Part shown: positions 10,100 to 19,113 of the stretch, in pieces
Layout of the letters: each line of letters begins with the position of its first letter
How positions within the stretch are numbered: the first letter of the stretch is position 1
From: Pseudomonadota bacterium
GTDB taxonomy: Bacteria; Bdellovibrionota; Bdellovibrionia; Bdellovibrionales; SG-bin7
Direction of reading: 5' to 3'
Assembly: GCA_034439715.1 (NCBI GenBank)
Contig: JAWXAY010000094.1
Location: 47,008 to 111,007, forward strand
DNA: 64,000 nt
Notes under the pieces: model-generated
The model's database searches: none
What the model was told of the DNA's origin: nothing
Seen by the model: the letters and a program-made list of their open reading frames with translations, nothing else
Position numbers and translations under genes: made by a program

Positions 10100-10551
10100 T
10101 TGTCCGTTTTCTTTCCCCAAAAAATATAACGAAGCTTCTTTTTTTGAGCACTGATAATTTCAATGCAAGCTGGACTCATAGACTGAGGGTAGGAGTTAGG
10201 GAGTTCTTTTTCATTAACGTTGCTGGGCACTGAGTTTAGACATTGATTATCGTAGGTATTAACTGCAAATTGATAATCCGATTCTGAAACCAAATCTAAA
10301 AATTTTAACCTTTCATTAAGCCAGTAGCAGTTTAGGGGTAGAACTTTCTGAGAAAGCTCAACTTCGCACAGAACATTGAATTTTTTAAGATCCAATGTAT
10401 TCTTTCTGCTCTTATTGAGGTCAAAGAGAGATTTGGCCAAGGTTAACGACCAAGTTTCATGCTTTTCAATCAGTTTGAGCCCCTTTAAGTCAGTATTAGC
10501 TGAGGCGCTAAGCGCGCTGATCAAAAATAGGATGAGAATGAGTGGTTTCAC
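10096..10551 (-). CDS. Hypothetical secreted protein
   Basis: Signal peptide MKPLILILFLISALSASA; four Cys; overlaps end of the TadC-like gene. Confidence 0.65.
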   Translation of the reverse strand: MKPLILILFLISALSASANTDLKGLKLIEKHETWSLTLAKSLFDLNKSRKNTLDLKKFNVLCEVELSQKVLPLNCYWLNERLKFLDLVSESDYQFAVNTYDNQCLNSVPSNVNEKELPNSYPQSMSPACIEIISAQKKKLRYIFWGKKTDN

Positions 10552-10982
10552 AGATTAAATCCTTCCATCAATTGTTTAATGATCGGTCCAATTAGTAAAA
10601 TTAAATAAGCAGGAAACAAGAGAATTAGCATTGGCACCATGAGTTTAAAAGGCAACCTTTGCAATGCCAGCTCAAGCTCTTGTTCGCAAGCATAGTTAAC
10701 TTCTTCTTCTAACTGGCAGAGCGGATCATAAATCATTTGGCCTTTAAAGCCTGACTCCAAGATTTGAAAGAATACTTTTCGATACGGACTTGTACAATTG
10801 TCAATTATTCTAGAATTATCTGATTGGTGCTGAAGTCCGATGAACCATTGCCGAACGAGTCCACAAAATTCACCTTCATTTTTTTGTAAATAGAGCTCCA
10901 GAGCGGACTTTGTTGAGAGGCCACTTTCCATTTGCATGCGGAGCTCAGAGATCAACTTAAATAAAGGATTTATATCAACCAT
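10548..10982 (-). CDS. TadC-like (T2SS F family) membrane protein
   Basis: C-terminal LPFKLMVPMLILLFPAYLILLIGP typical of TadC. Confidence 0.7.
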   Translation of the reverse strand: MVDINPLFKLISELRMQMESGLSTKSALELYLQKNEGEFCGLVRQWFIGLQHQSDNSRIIDNCTSPYRKVFFQILESGFKGQMIYDPLCQLEEEVNYACEQELELALQRLPFKLMVPMLILLFPAYLILLIGPIIKQLMEGFNL

Positions 10983-11719
10983 TTATGTTTCCTCCCAATC
11001 GAAAGGATTAAAGCAATTCCAGATAGATACAAAACAAGCGAAGAAAGAATGAGTAGAAAATTTTTATGGAGTCCGTAGCTTATCAATACATATGCAAGCA
11101 GTGCTATGTAGAGGATGGAAAGTAAGATGGTCTGAATGAGACTTTGTTGGCTTAAAACGCGCGCCTTTAACTTAAATTTTTCTTCTCTTAGGAGCCGTTG
11201 CCTTAAGTTTTGAATGCCTTTTAATGCATTATGAGGTCTATTTTTAATCTGCAGGAGGTCGCCAACTATTTCTCTTAAGAATGCAGGTAATGAGCTAGGC
11301 TGTCGCTGATTTTCCAAAAACATCAGTGAATTGTAGATTTCGACAAACCGCTCTCTATAAAACGTCGGTAATTGCTCAGTTGCTAGCAAAAATGCCTGCG
11401 AAAAATTTTTTCCGGACTTCATTTGAAGAGCTGTTACTGTTAAAAAACCGATTAATTGAGTTTGAAAACCAGACATTCGCATATTCCGCAGCCATTTTTC
11501 TCCCAAAAAAATAAAAATAATGTTCGTGATAAGGAGAATCGGGCCAAAAAAAATGTTTTTAGGTACAAAGACGAGGAGAAAACCGTGAATTAAGAGCAAA
11601 AATGTGCCAATTTTTGTCAAATGGTGTTTTGAAATGAGTTTTTCTGAAAATAAATTCTCTAAAATTCGCAATTCGAATAGAAATCCGGACAAAAAAAATA
11701 TAAACGTAAATATGATCAT
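10970..11719 (-). CDS. TadB-like (T2SS F family) membrane protein
   Basis: N-terminal TMs, FQTQL...MKSGKNFSQA, KLKARVLSQQ then two TMs; paired with TadC-like gene. Confidence 0.65.
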   Translation of the reverse strand: MIIFTFIFFLSGFLFELRILENLFSEKLISKHHLTKIGTFLLLIHGFLLVFVPKNIFFGPILLITNIIFIFLGEKWLRNMRMSGFQTQLIGFLTVTALQMKSGKNFSQAFLLATEQLPTFYRERFVEIYNSLMFLENQRQPSSLPAFLREIVGDLLQIKNRPHNALKGIQNLRQRLLREEKFKLKARVLSQQSLIQTILLSILYIALLAYVLISYGLHKNFLLILSSLVLYLSGIALILSIGRKHKWLI

Positions 11720-11773
11720 GTGACCTCTCGGGGATTATATTTTGCAAAAAGTGGGCACATTGTATTTTTTTTG

Positions 11774-11801
11774 TTGACGAAACGGTGGGTATCAGTAAAC
11801 T
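11774..11801 (+). promoter_or_regulatory. Sigma70-type promoter of the lysine-rich microprotein
   Basis: TTGACG-N16-TAAACT. Confidence 0.55.
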
Positions 11802-11845
11802 AATTGAGATAGGTCAACAACAAACTATATCCTGGGAGGGATAAG

Positions 11846-11932
11846 ATGGCTAAGAAGAAAAAGAAAGCTACAAAGAAAAAAGCTACTAAAAAAAGAACTA
11901 CCAAGAAAAAAACTTCTAAACGTAAGAAGTAG
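11846..11932 (+). CDS. 28-aa lysine-rich basic microprotein (histone H1-tail/protamine-like)
   Basis: MAKKKKKATKKKATKKRTTKKKTSKRKK; GGGAGGG RBS 5 nt upstream; own promoter and terminator; below the ORF track cutoff. Confidence 0.85.
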   Translation: MAKKKKKATKKKATKKRTTKKKTSKRKK

Positions 11933-11955
11933 TTTTTTAAGTAGCATAGTAATTG

Positions 11956-11990
11956 AAACCCCGGGCCTAGCTCGGGGTTTTTTTTATTTT
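11956..11990 (+). terminator. Strong rho-independent terminator
   Basis: AAACCCCGGGC-cta-GCTCGGGGTTT followed by a long T tract. Confidence 0.85.
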
Positions 11991-12008
11991 AGAAACAGAA
12001 TTAGAAAA

Positions 12009-12066
12009 TTAGAAATAAAATGTCTTAGAAATAAGATGTCTTAGAAATAAGATGTCTTAGAAATAA
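12009..12066. repeat. 16-bp tandem repeat, about 3.6 copies
   Basis: TTAGAAATAA(A/G)ATGTC at 12009, 12025 and 12041; partial copy at 12057 overlaps the stop of the 12057-12644 gene. Confidence 0.9.
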
Positions 12067-12644
12067 TAAGAGATGCCAAGAGCGCCGGTAGTAGCCGTTT
12101 GAAAGTCGTCGACATCAACTAGAGCTTGCAGTTCCAAGTACATCGAAATTCCTGCCCAAGGACCAGAGAGCTGCACATATTGCAGGCCCAGTCCAGGATA
12201 AATAATATCCTCTGAAAATTGACCGCTTTCTTTTTCGCCGGAATTGAGAAATCGCTTACCGAGAATATTAGGTAGGGTAGTTTCAATGGCTTGGCTTTCC
12301 GCTCTCTTGTGAGTCCAGCGAACATAGCCGGCAGAAAAATAGGGAAGAAAACTTGTTCCCGAAACAAATCTTTTTATCGCAAAGCCAAAGGACTGGAAGG
12401 GGTCGCCAACTCCAAACAAGAGGCTGAGCGCAGCTTGGTCAGTCAAATTAAGATCTAAATTAATGCCAGCAATGCCAGCAGCGCCCCCAAAGCTTGAGCC
12501 AATGGCCACGCGGCGTTTTTGCCGAAACTCGGTTCCATCAAGGGCTGCCTTTGACGAAAGCCTATCGACGTTAGCCATCCTTTGGCGCGCTGACCAACTA
12601 TCAAGAGGCGCTAACAAAATAATAAGGATCGCAAACCTTTTCAT
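12057..12644 (-). CDS. Putative small outer-membrane beta-barrel protein
   Basis: Signal peptide, amphipathic strands, C-terminal GISYYF. Confidence 0.7.
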   Translation of the reverse strand: MKRFAILIILLAPLDSWSARQRMANVDRLSSKAALDGTEFRQKRRVAIGSSFGGAAGIAGINLDLNLTDQAALSLLFGVGDPFQSFGFAIKRFVSGTSFLPYFSAGYVRWTHKRAESQAIETTLPNILGKRFLNSGEKESGQFSEDIIYPGLGLQYVQLSGPWAGISMYLELQALVDVDDFQTATTGALGISYYF

Positions 12645-12652
12645 TAAATCTC

Positions 12653-13432
12653 CTAGAACAATTTAGCCTTGATTCCATCTTCCTGAAAAAATTTCTTGAG
12701 GGCCTTGGCATCTAGACCTTCTAAACGCCAAAGTAGCCGCTGAATAAGCTCAAAAGTCTTTTCAGATTTGGGATCTCGTAGGTTTTTAGAAAAATAGGCC
12801 ATGTCTTCAGTTAGCTGAATCACGTTTTCTATTAATTTTTGCGTATCTTTGTGACTGGACATTTTGTCGACCCGAGTGAGGAGACTATTGAGGTTCGAGA
12901 CAAGCTTATCGGCCATTTTTAGCGTATCAGTAATCGAACCCTCATTTTTTTCAACCATGTCGAGAATTTTACCGGCTAAGCCGTAACTTTGGGAAATAAG
13001 TTGATCGATCCTCGGCGGGTCCTCGCCTCTAACAAGTGCGCCTGGCCTCAGTTTTGGGGCTGAATTACTGCCGGGTGTGATTTCTATAAATTTTTCGCCG
13101 ATAACGCCAGCTAAATTAATAAAAAACTTGCTATCATTACGTAATGTATTCCAAGCTTTTTTTTCGATTCCTATTTTAATACGCAGCTTTACTTCTTCAC
13201 CGCCGCCAGTCTCCATATAAGGATCAAAGGTAATAGACTTTACCTTTCCGACTTTAATTCCCATGACCCGGACCGGAGAGCCTATCTCAATTCCGCCGGC
13301 AAAATTATAAGCTAAATCTAAGTCGTAGGTATGAACAAATGGATTTATAGCTCCCAAAAAATAAGCGAAGGCAATAACTAAACAGATCATTGAGATAAAA
13401 AGTAAACCAACCTTGGTTTCAGGCTTCATCAA
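12653..13432 (-). CDS. mlaD: MlaD/MCE family protein
   Basis: ETKVGL plus TM, AGGIEIGSPVRVMGIKVGKV, GVIGEKFIEITPG. Confidence 0.9.
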   Translation of the reverse strand: MMKPETKVGLLFISMICLVIAFAYFLGAINPFVHTYDLDLAYNFAGGIEIGSPVRVMGIKVGKVKSITFDPYMETGGGEEVKLRIKIGIEKKAWNTLRNDSKFFINLAGVIGEKFIEITPGSNSAPKLRPGALVRGEDPPRIDQLISQSYGLAGKILDMVEKNEGSITDTLKMADKLVSNLNSLLTRVDKMSSHKDTQKLIENVIQLTEDMAYFSKNLRDPKSEKTFELIQRLLWRLEGLDAKALKKFFQEDGIKAKLF

Positions 13433-13515
13433 ATTATAGTAGCAATTAATTTTTAGAATGACAGCACCAAATCCATTTAGGCGTGCTCACATTTTTGGCA
13501 AACTCAATGAGAGAT

Positions 13516-14289
13516 TTAATAAAAGAAGGAGAAAATATAAGACAAGACAAAATCAATCATCAATATAGCCACAGAAGTTGCAACCACGCTGTTAGTAGTA
13601 GCCAGTCCCACACCCTCGGCGCCTTCGGTACATTTAAATCCGTAGTAACAACTAAAAAGTGGAATGACAGCACCAAAAGACAGGCCCTTGATGCCAGCGA
13701 ACACGAGATCTTTGAAACCTACGAAGGCGCTAACTGCCGCCATAAAGCTGCCGGGTGTATGTCCCAGTTTTAGTGTGCTAACGAGCATGGCGCTGTAAAG
13801 GCAAACAACATTGGCGATTATACTGAGTGTGAGTCCGCCAATAGCACAGGCGATAAATCGGGGAACCACAAGATATCGTATGGGATTCATTCCCAACATC
13901 TGGTACGCCTCAATCTGCTCTGTTATTTTCATCGAAGCCACTTCGGCCGCCATTCCGGCTCCAACTCGCGAGGTCAATAAGAGACAAGTGACCACGGCGC
14001 CGAGCTCTCGCAATATCAGTAAGGCTGCAAAGCCCGGAACCATTGAGTCATTTTGGATTACAATTTTCATGTGATAAGAGGCTTCGATGATTGTTACGGC
14101 CGCCGCAAAACACACGCAAAAAATAATGATGAATAGGCTTTGATTGGCCACAAAATAGATTTGCCTTAAAGTATCTTTGAACCGAAATGGCGGTATGATG
14201 ACGTTACCAAGTGTTTTGGTAGTGAGATCAACAAATCCCCCAAGAAACTCCAGACTAAATAGTACTTTTACGCCAAGAGCAGTAATCAT
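13516..14289 (-). CDS. mlaE: MlaE family ABC permease
   Basis: LRELGAV, AAEVASMKITEQIEA, LVVPR. Confidence 0.9.
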   Translation of the reverse strand: MITALGVKVLFSLEFLGGFVDLTTKTLGNVIIPPFRFKDTLRQIYFVANQSLFIIIFCVCFAAAVTIIEASYHMKIVIQNDSMVPGFAALLILRELGAVVTCLLLTSRVGAGMAAEVASMKITEQIEAYQMLGMNPIRYLVVPRFIACAIGGLTLSIIANVVCLYSAMLVSTLKLGHTPGSFMAAVSAFVGFKDLVFAGIKGLSFGAVIPLFSCYYGFKCTEGAEGVGLATTNSVVATSVAILMIDFVLSYIFSFFY

Positions 14290-15063
14290 CTAAACTCCTA
14301 AGAAAAGCATTAGGATGGTGTCCCCAATTAAACTTGTCAGCCAGTCGGCAACTACAATCCCTACCATCGTAACAACCGCAGTGCTAACGACGGCTCGCCC
14401 GACTCCTCGAGCGCCTCCCGTCGTATTGTAACCCTTGTAGGTGCACACCGAAGCCAAAACAATTGCGAAAACTAAACATTTAAAAAGACCTAGTGCTAGT
14501 GAGGCAGGAGTCACTATAGTGGGAACGTGTCTTAAGTATTCTTCGGGGTTTATTCCTGAAAAAAACATTCCTAATAACAGTCCACCGAAAATAGACATTA
14601 AGAGTCCCACTGCCAGTAAAAAGAAACTAGAAACAATAATACCGATAAAGCGTGGAAGAATAATTTCGGTAAACGGATTTGCACCCAAGCAGCGGATGGC
14701 ATCGATCTGCTCTGTAACCTTCATTGTGCCGAGTTCAGCCGAGGTAAAAGCACCCACTTTTCCGCTAAGCATAAAGGCGATGAGTAGGGGACCGACTTCT
14801 CTCACTGTCGCACTTGTTGAAAGCCCGCCGAGGTAGCCCAAGGCCCCAAACTGACTAATCTGCATAGTAAACTGAATGGTCATGATGGCTCCCACAAAAA
14901 ATCCGGCAAGAGCAGTTGTTGGTAAGCTTTGAACTGTTACGTACCAAATTTGAGAGTTTATTTCTGAGTAAGTACATGGTTGGCGAACGGCAGTGTGAAA
15001 TATTTGCCTAACAAATAGTAGGCATCTCCCAATGTCATCGATGATATCGTACAAAGCCTTCAT
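14290..15063 (-). CDS. mlaE: MlaE family ABC permease (second paralogue)
   Basis: VREVGP, AELGTMKVTEQIDA, GGARGVGRA. Confidence 0.9.
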   Translation of the reverse strand: MKALYDIIDDIGRCLLFVRQIFHTAVRQPCTYSEINSQIWYVTVQSLPTTALAGFFVGAIMTIQFTMQISQFGALGYLGGLSTSATVREVGPLLIAFMLSGKVGAFTSAELGTMKVTEQIDAIRCLGANPFTEIILPRFIGIIVSSFFLLAVGLLMSIFGGLLLGMFFSGINPEEYLRHVPTIVTPASLALGLFKCLVFAIVLASVCTYKGYNTTGGARGVGRAVVSTAVVTMVGIVVADWLTSLIGDTILMLFLGV

Positions 15064-15791
15064 TGCTCCAGCGCCTCTTTTAAAAAATCCCTAACTAAAG
15101 GCACTTGGCTCTTTTTGAGTTCACTGGGAGTCCCCATTTCTATAATATTGCCTTCAGACAAGACGATAATGCGGTCAGCGATGTCTAGCGCGCAGTTCAT
15201 GTCATGGCTAACGACAACCGATGTCGTTTTTAACGTACGCGACAAATCAAAAATCAACTGGTTTATTGATTTTGTGGTGATGGGGTCAAGGCCGGTGGTG
15301 GGCTCATCAAATAACAGTATTTTTGGTTCAATCGCTATTGTGCGGGCTAAACTCACGCGTTTTTGCATTCCGTAAGACAGGTTACGTGGAAATTTGGCTT
15401 CGACATCTTCTAAATGAACAAGACTGAGACATTTCAAGACTCTTTCGCGCAGGTGCTCTTCGCTCATTCGATAATGTTTGCGTAGTCCAAAAGCCACATT
15501 TTCGAAGATCGTGCGAGAATCAAACAATGCGGCATGCTGAAAGACCATGCCACATTTTTTTCTGACCGAAAAATACTCTTCTTCGGTGAGCTTTGATACC
15601 TCTTGACCATCAATCCAGATTTCGCCACCATCCGGCCGTAATAGTCCTACTATATTCTTTAGCAGAACGGACTTACCAGTACCTGAAGTTCCTAATATAA
15701 AAATAATTTCACCCTCGGCGATGTCAAATGAGAGATCTTTTAGAATTGTACGAGCGCCAAATTTTTTGGTTAAGTTTTTGAATTTAATCAT
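15060..15791 (-). CDS. mlaF: MlaF family ABC ATPase
   Basis: GTSGTGKS, FQHAALFDS, LSYGMQKRV, FDEPTTGLDP; start at ATG 15791. Confidence 0.9.
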   Translation of the reverse strand: MIKFKNLTKKFGARTILKDLSFDIAEGEIIFILGTSGTGKSVLLKNIVGLLRPDGGEIWIDGQEVSKLTEEEYFSVRKKCGMVFQHAALFDSRTIFENVAFGLRKHYRMSEEHLRERVLKCLSLVHLEDVEAKFPRNLSYGMQKRVSLARTIAIEPKILLFDEPTTGLDPITTKSINQLIFDLSRTLKTTSVVVSHDMNCALDIADRIIVLSEGNIIEMGTPSELKKSQVPLVRDFLKEALEQ

Positions 15792-16551
15792 TGGCGTCTC
15801 TAATGGGAGGACGCTTGATTTCACCACGAATAAATTGTTGGACGCGGGGATCTGAGTGGAATTTGGTTTCTTGTGGGGTGCCCGTTAAAATTACCTCGCC
15901 ATCGATAATCATGGCTATTTTATCGGCCATTTGATAGGCGCGGTTCATGTCGTTTGTAATTGCGACAACCGTTGATCCATAGGTTTTTTTTAATTCCAAT
16001 ATCAGCTGAATAATTTGGCGACTGGTTATTGGATCAAGTCCTGCCGTGGGATCATCATAAAAAACAATCTTAGGTTCTAGCGCCAATGCTCGGGCAATGC
16101 CTAATCTCTTTTGCATGCCGCCGCTTATTTCGTCCGGAAATAAATCTTTAGCGTCAAGAATTCCTACACTAGAAAGAAAGCGTGAACAGATCTCAAGAAT
16201 TTCAACCTCTGATTTTGTTGTTGTTTCTCGTAGGGGAAAGGCAATATTGTCAGTGACGCAGAGAGAGTCAAATAGGGCGTTTTTTTGAAACAAAACTCCC
16301 ATCTTGCACAGGAGCCTCTGCTTTTTAGATTCAGTAATATTTAAAAAGTCATGTCCTTCAACGGACACATCTCCCTGAGAGGGGCGAATAAGTCCACACA
16401 TGATTTTTAAAAGCACCGTTTTACCGTGCCCACTGGGACCAATAAGAACCAAAGTTTCACCTTTGCCGACAGCAATGTTTACTTTAGTAAACAAGGTGTG
16501 GTTATCAAAAATCATACGTACATTCTGAAGTTCAATTGTTGGTGACGTCAT
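15784..16551 (-). CDS. mlaF: MlaF family ABC ATPase (second paralogue)
   Basis: GPSGHGKT, FQKNALFDS, ISGGMQKR; variant YDDPT Walker B and TND H-loop; start at ATG 16551. Confidence 0.88.
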   Translation of the reverse strand: MTSPTIELQNVRMIFDNHTLFTKVNIAVGKGETLVLIGPSGHGKTVLLKIMCGLIRPSQGDVSVEGHDFLNITESKKQRLLCKMGVLFQKNALFDSLCVTDNIAFPLRETTTKSEVEILEICSRFLSSVGILDAKDLFPDEISGGMQKRLGIARALALEPKIVFYDDPTAGLDPITSRQIIQLILELKKTYGSTVVAITNDMNRAYQMADKIAMIIDGEVILTGTPQETKFHSDPRVQQFIRGEIKRPPIRDAND

Positions 16552-16826
16552 ATTTACTCTGTTAGATATGTTATGGTGTAAAATTGACACGTGTCTACAA
16601 AAGAATTAAGGCTAGTGACGCATTGGAACTGCACGGGGCGATTTGGGCGAGTTTTTTACTTTGAAAACGATGCCTTTTGCCTCGGAAGATTTGTCAATGA
16701 CACTGTATTCACGGTCGACTATTTCTGCAAAAATTTTTTAAAACAACGCCATTTTGTTAGATGACCTGAAGTTAGAAATATCGATATGGACTTGTAAATT
16801 CCATTGGCTTTTATTAGATACCAGGC

Positions 16827-17867
16827 ATGTACCTCTCTAATTTAAAAGTCATTGACCCACCTTTTTCTATTAAGCAAAACGAGGCGCTTCGTTGGATCGC
16901 AAAGGCTCATGCCTTAAGTGATCCTCATAGAGATTTTTTGCGTCTAGTGGAGCGCTATGGCTGCAGCGCGGAGCAAATCAATCAACGGTTTCATTTTAAT
17001 TCAGAATTATTTTCTGAGCCAACTTTAGAGGGACTAACTGCTAATTTAAAGCCAAACCTTCAGGAGAGAATGGCTTTTTATACTAAAATTGTAAATGAGC
17101 TGTTTGAACAAAATTATCGCGAAACAAATAATCCTCCCGACGGTATTTTTCATGTCACTTGCACCGGCTATCAGTCGCCAAGTGCCGCACAGAGATTAGT
17201 TTCAAAAAGAGCTTGGCCGAGCCAAGTTGTTCATCTTTACCATATGGGCTGTTACGCGGCCCTGCCAGCTGTGAGGTTAGCGAATTCGATTCTTAATTTT
17301 GAGGGTTTTAAGCGTATAGACTTAATGCATACAGAGCTTTGCACCTTACATTTTCAAAGCCAAAATCACGATCCTGAGCAATTGGTGGTACAAAGTCTTT
17401 TTGGCGATGGAGCGATTTCTTATTCACTCGAGCTTTTGCCGCCACGTATTGGGTTTAAGCTTTTGTGGAGTGGGGAGCGAGTGATTCCTAATAGTTTGGA
17501 TTCCATGACTTGGGGCTTGGGACCCAATGGGTTTACGATGTCTCTAAAAAGAGAAGTTCCGAAATTAATAAAAGAAAATATTAAAGCTTTTGTAAATGGA
17601 ATACCGCTAAAAAAATCCAAGATACTTTGGGCAGTTCATCCGGGCGGGCCAAAAATTATTGAGACAATCGCCCATGAGCTTGATTTAAATTTAGAGCAAG
17701 TGGGCGCTAGTATCGATGTACTCAAAGAGCGAGGCAACATGTCTTCGGCAACATTGCCGCATATCTGGGAAAAAATCCTAAAAATCGCAATGCCTGGAGA
17801 TCAAGTTGTAAGCCTGGCCTTTGGGCCTGGATTGACCATCTATGGATCATTAATGGAGGTATTGTGA
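16827..17867 (+). CDS. Type III polyketide synthase (chalcone/stilbene synthase family)
   Basis: Catalytic triad in HMGCYAA (Cys), WAVHPGG (His), GNMSSAT (Asn); LFGDGA; AFGPGL. Confidence 0.92.
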   Translation: MYLSNLKVIDPPFSIKQNEALRWIAKAHALSDPHRDFLRLVERYGCSAEQINQRFHFNSELFSEPTLEGLTANLKPNLQERMAFYTKIVNELFEQNYRETNNPPDGIFHVTCTGYQSPSAAQRLVSKRAWPSQVVHLYHMGCYAALPAVRLANSILNFEGFKRIDLMHTELCTLHFQSQNHDPEQLVVQSLFGDGAISYSLELLPPRIGFKLLWSGERVIPNSLDSMTWGLGPNGFTMSLKREVPKLIKENIKAFVNGIPLKKSKILWAVHPGGPKIIETIAHELDLNLEQVGASIDVLKERGNMSSATLPHIWEKILKIAMPGDQVVSLAFGPGLTIYGSLMEVL

Positions 17868-18298
17868 TTTGGATTCTACCAGTCATAGTGCAAGGAATAT
17901 TAATGGCTGTAGATGAATTTTATTTTCATCGCCGTCGAGGACTACCAAAGTGGGAGATATGGGGGCATCCCGTAGATACACTTTCGGTATTGCTTTGTCT
18001 CACGCTAATTATACTCTTTCCACAAATGACCTGGCAATATTACCTCGTACCCGCTACGGTTTCGTGTTTGTGTGTGACTAAAGATGAATGGGTGCATTCA
18101 GAGTTGTGCGAGCCCTTTGAAGGCTGGATACACTCTTTACTTTTTATCATTCATCCCTTGGTCCTTTGGTCATTTTTTGAATTGGCCAAGGCTCATATTT
18201 CGTTTTTGTTTTACTTGCTCCTGGGGCTGCTTGTTTTTCTGATTTACCAGATTGTTTTTTGGGGGTTCCTTAGAAAAAATGAAATCAAAAGCAATTAA
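17864..18298 (+). CDS. Small His/Glu-rich membrane protein in the PKS operon
   Basis: About 4 TMs; internal repeat DEFYFH...E.WGH and DEWVH...E.WIH. Confidence 0.75.
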   Translation: MIWILPVIVQGILMAVDEFYFHRRRGLPKWEIWGHPVDTLSVLLCLTLIILFPQMTWQYYLVPATVSCLCVTKDEWVHSELCEPFEGWIHSLLFIIHPLVLWSFFELAKAHISFLFYLLLGLLVFLIYQIVFWGFLRKNEIKSN

Positions 18299-19016
18299 TA
18301 ACGAATTTTACAATGATTTGGGTGACAGGTGGTATTTCGCAAAGGATGACCCGGTGGCCCTACTGCGTGCAGAGAATAAAGTAAAATATGCCTGGATTAG
18401 TCCAAAACTTATGGTGGGTTCAAAAATATTAGATGTCGGCTGTGGGGCAGGGTTTATGGCCAATCAATTGGCTCAAGATGGCTTCGATGTGGTCGCCCTT
18501 GATGCCTCAAATGAGAGTTTAAATGTCGCCAGAAGATTTGATTCTACTAAAAAGGTCAAATATATATTGGGCAATGCCTACACGCTGCCCTTTGACGATC
18601 AAAAATTTGATTCGGTAGTTTGTTTAGATTTTTTGGAGCACGTAGAAGATCCGGCTTTAGTTATCAAAGAGATCAGTCGTGTGCTAAAACCCGGGGGTGA
18701 TTTTTTCTTTCACACCTTTGACAGAAACTGGCTCAGCTATTTAATAGTTATTAAAGGGGTTGAGTGGTTTGTAAAAAACACGCCAAAAAATATGCATGTT
18801 TATCCCTTATTTATTAAACCGCAGGAGCTGCAAGGCATGATGGATAAAGAGCAGTTGATAGCCAAGGAATGGGTAGGCATAAGGCCAAAAGTTTTCAATC
18901 GAGCCTTCTTTAGCTCACTTTTTAATCGAATTGTGTCGGATAATTTTGAGTTCACTACCACTAAGTCACTTAAGATTTCTTACTTGGGCCATGCGGTAAA
19001 GGCACAAAGGGCCTAA
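18279..19016 (+). CDS. UbiG-like SAM-dependent O-methyltransferase
   Basis: ILDVGCGAG, DFLEHV, LKPGG, FIKPQEL; start at ATG 18279. Confidence 0.88.
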   Translation: MKSKAINNEFYNDLGDRWYFAKDDPVALLRAENKVKYAWISPKLMVGSKILDVGCGAGFMANQLAQDGFDVVALDASNESLNVARRFDSTKKVKYILGNAYTLPFDDQKFDSVVCLDFLEHVEDPALVIKEISRVLKPGGDFFFHTFDRNWLSYLIVIKGVEWFVKNTPKNMHVYPLFIKPQELQGMMDKEQLIAKEWVGIRPKVFNRAFFSSLFNRIVSDNFEFTTTKSLKISYLGHAVKAQRA

Positions 19017-19113
19017 CGCCCCGCCAAACGCCAGCTTGTCTTTGGCAAATCGTTGATAATCCACTAACTTTTATTGTTGTCCAAATCTATAAATCCTAAA
19101 AGATGAGGAATCT

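Noticed and set aside
12009..12066. Possible CRISPR array
   Set aside because: 16-bp units with no spacers and no cas genes
16615..16764. 49-codon GTG ORF between mlaF and the PKS
   Set aside because: Weak RBS, no recognisable motif, lies in a divergent promoter region
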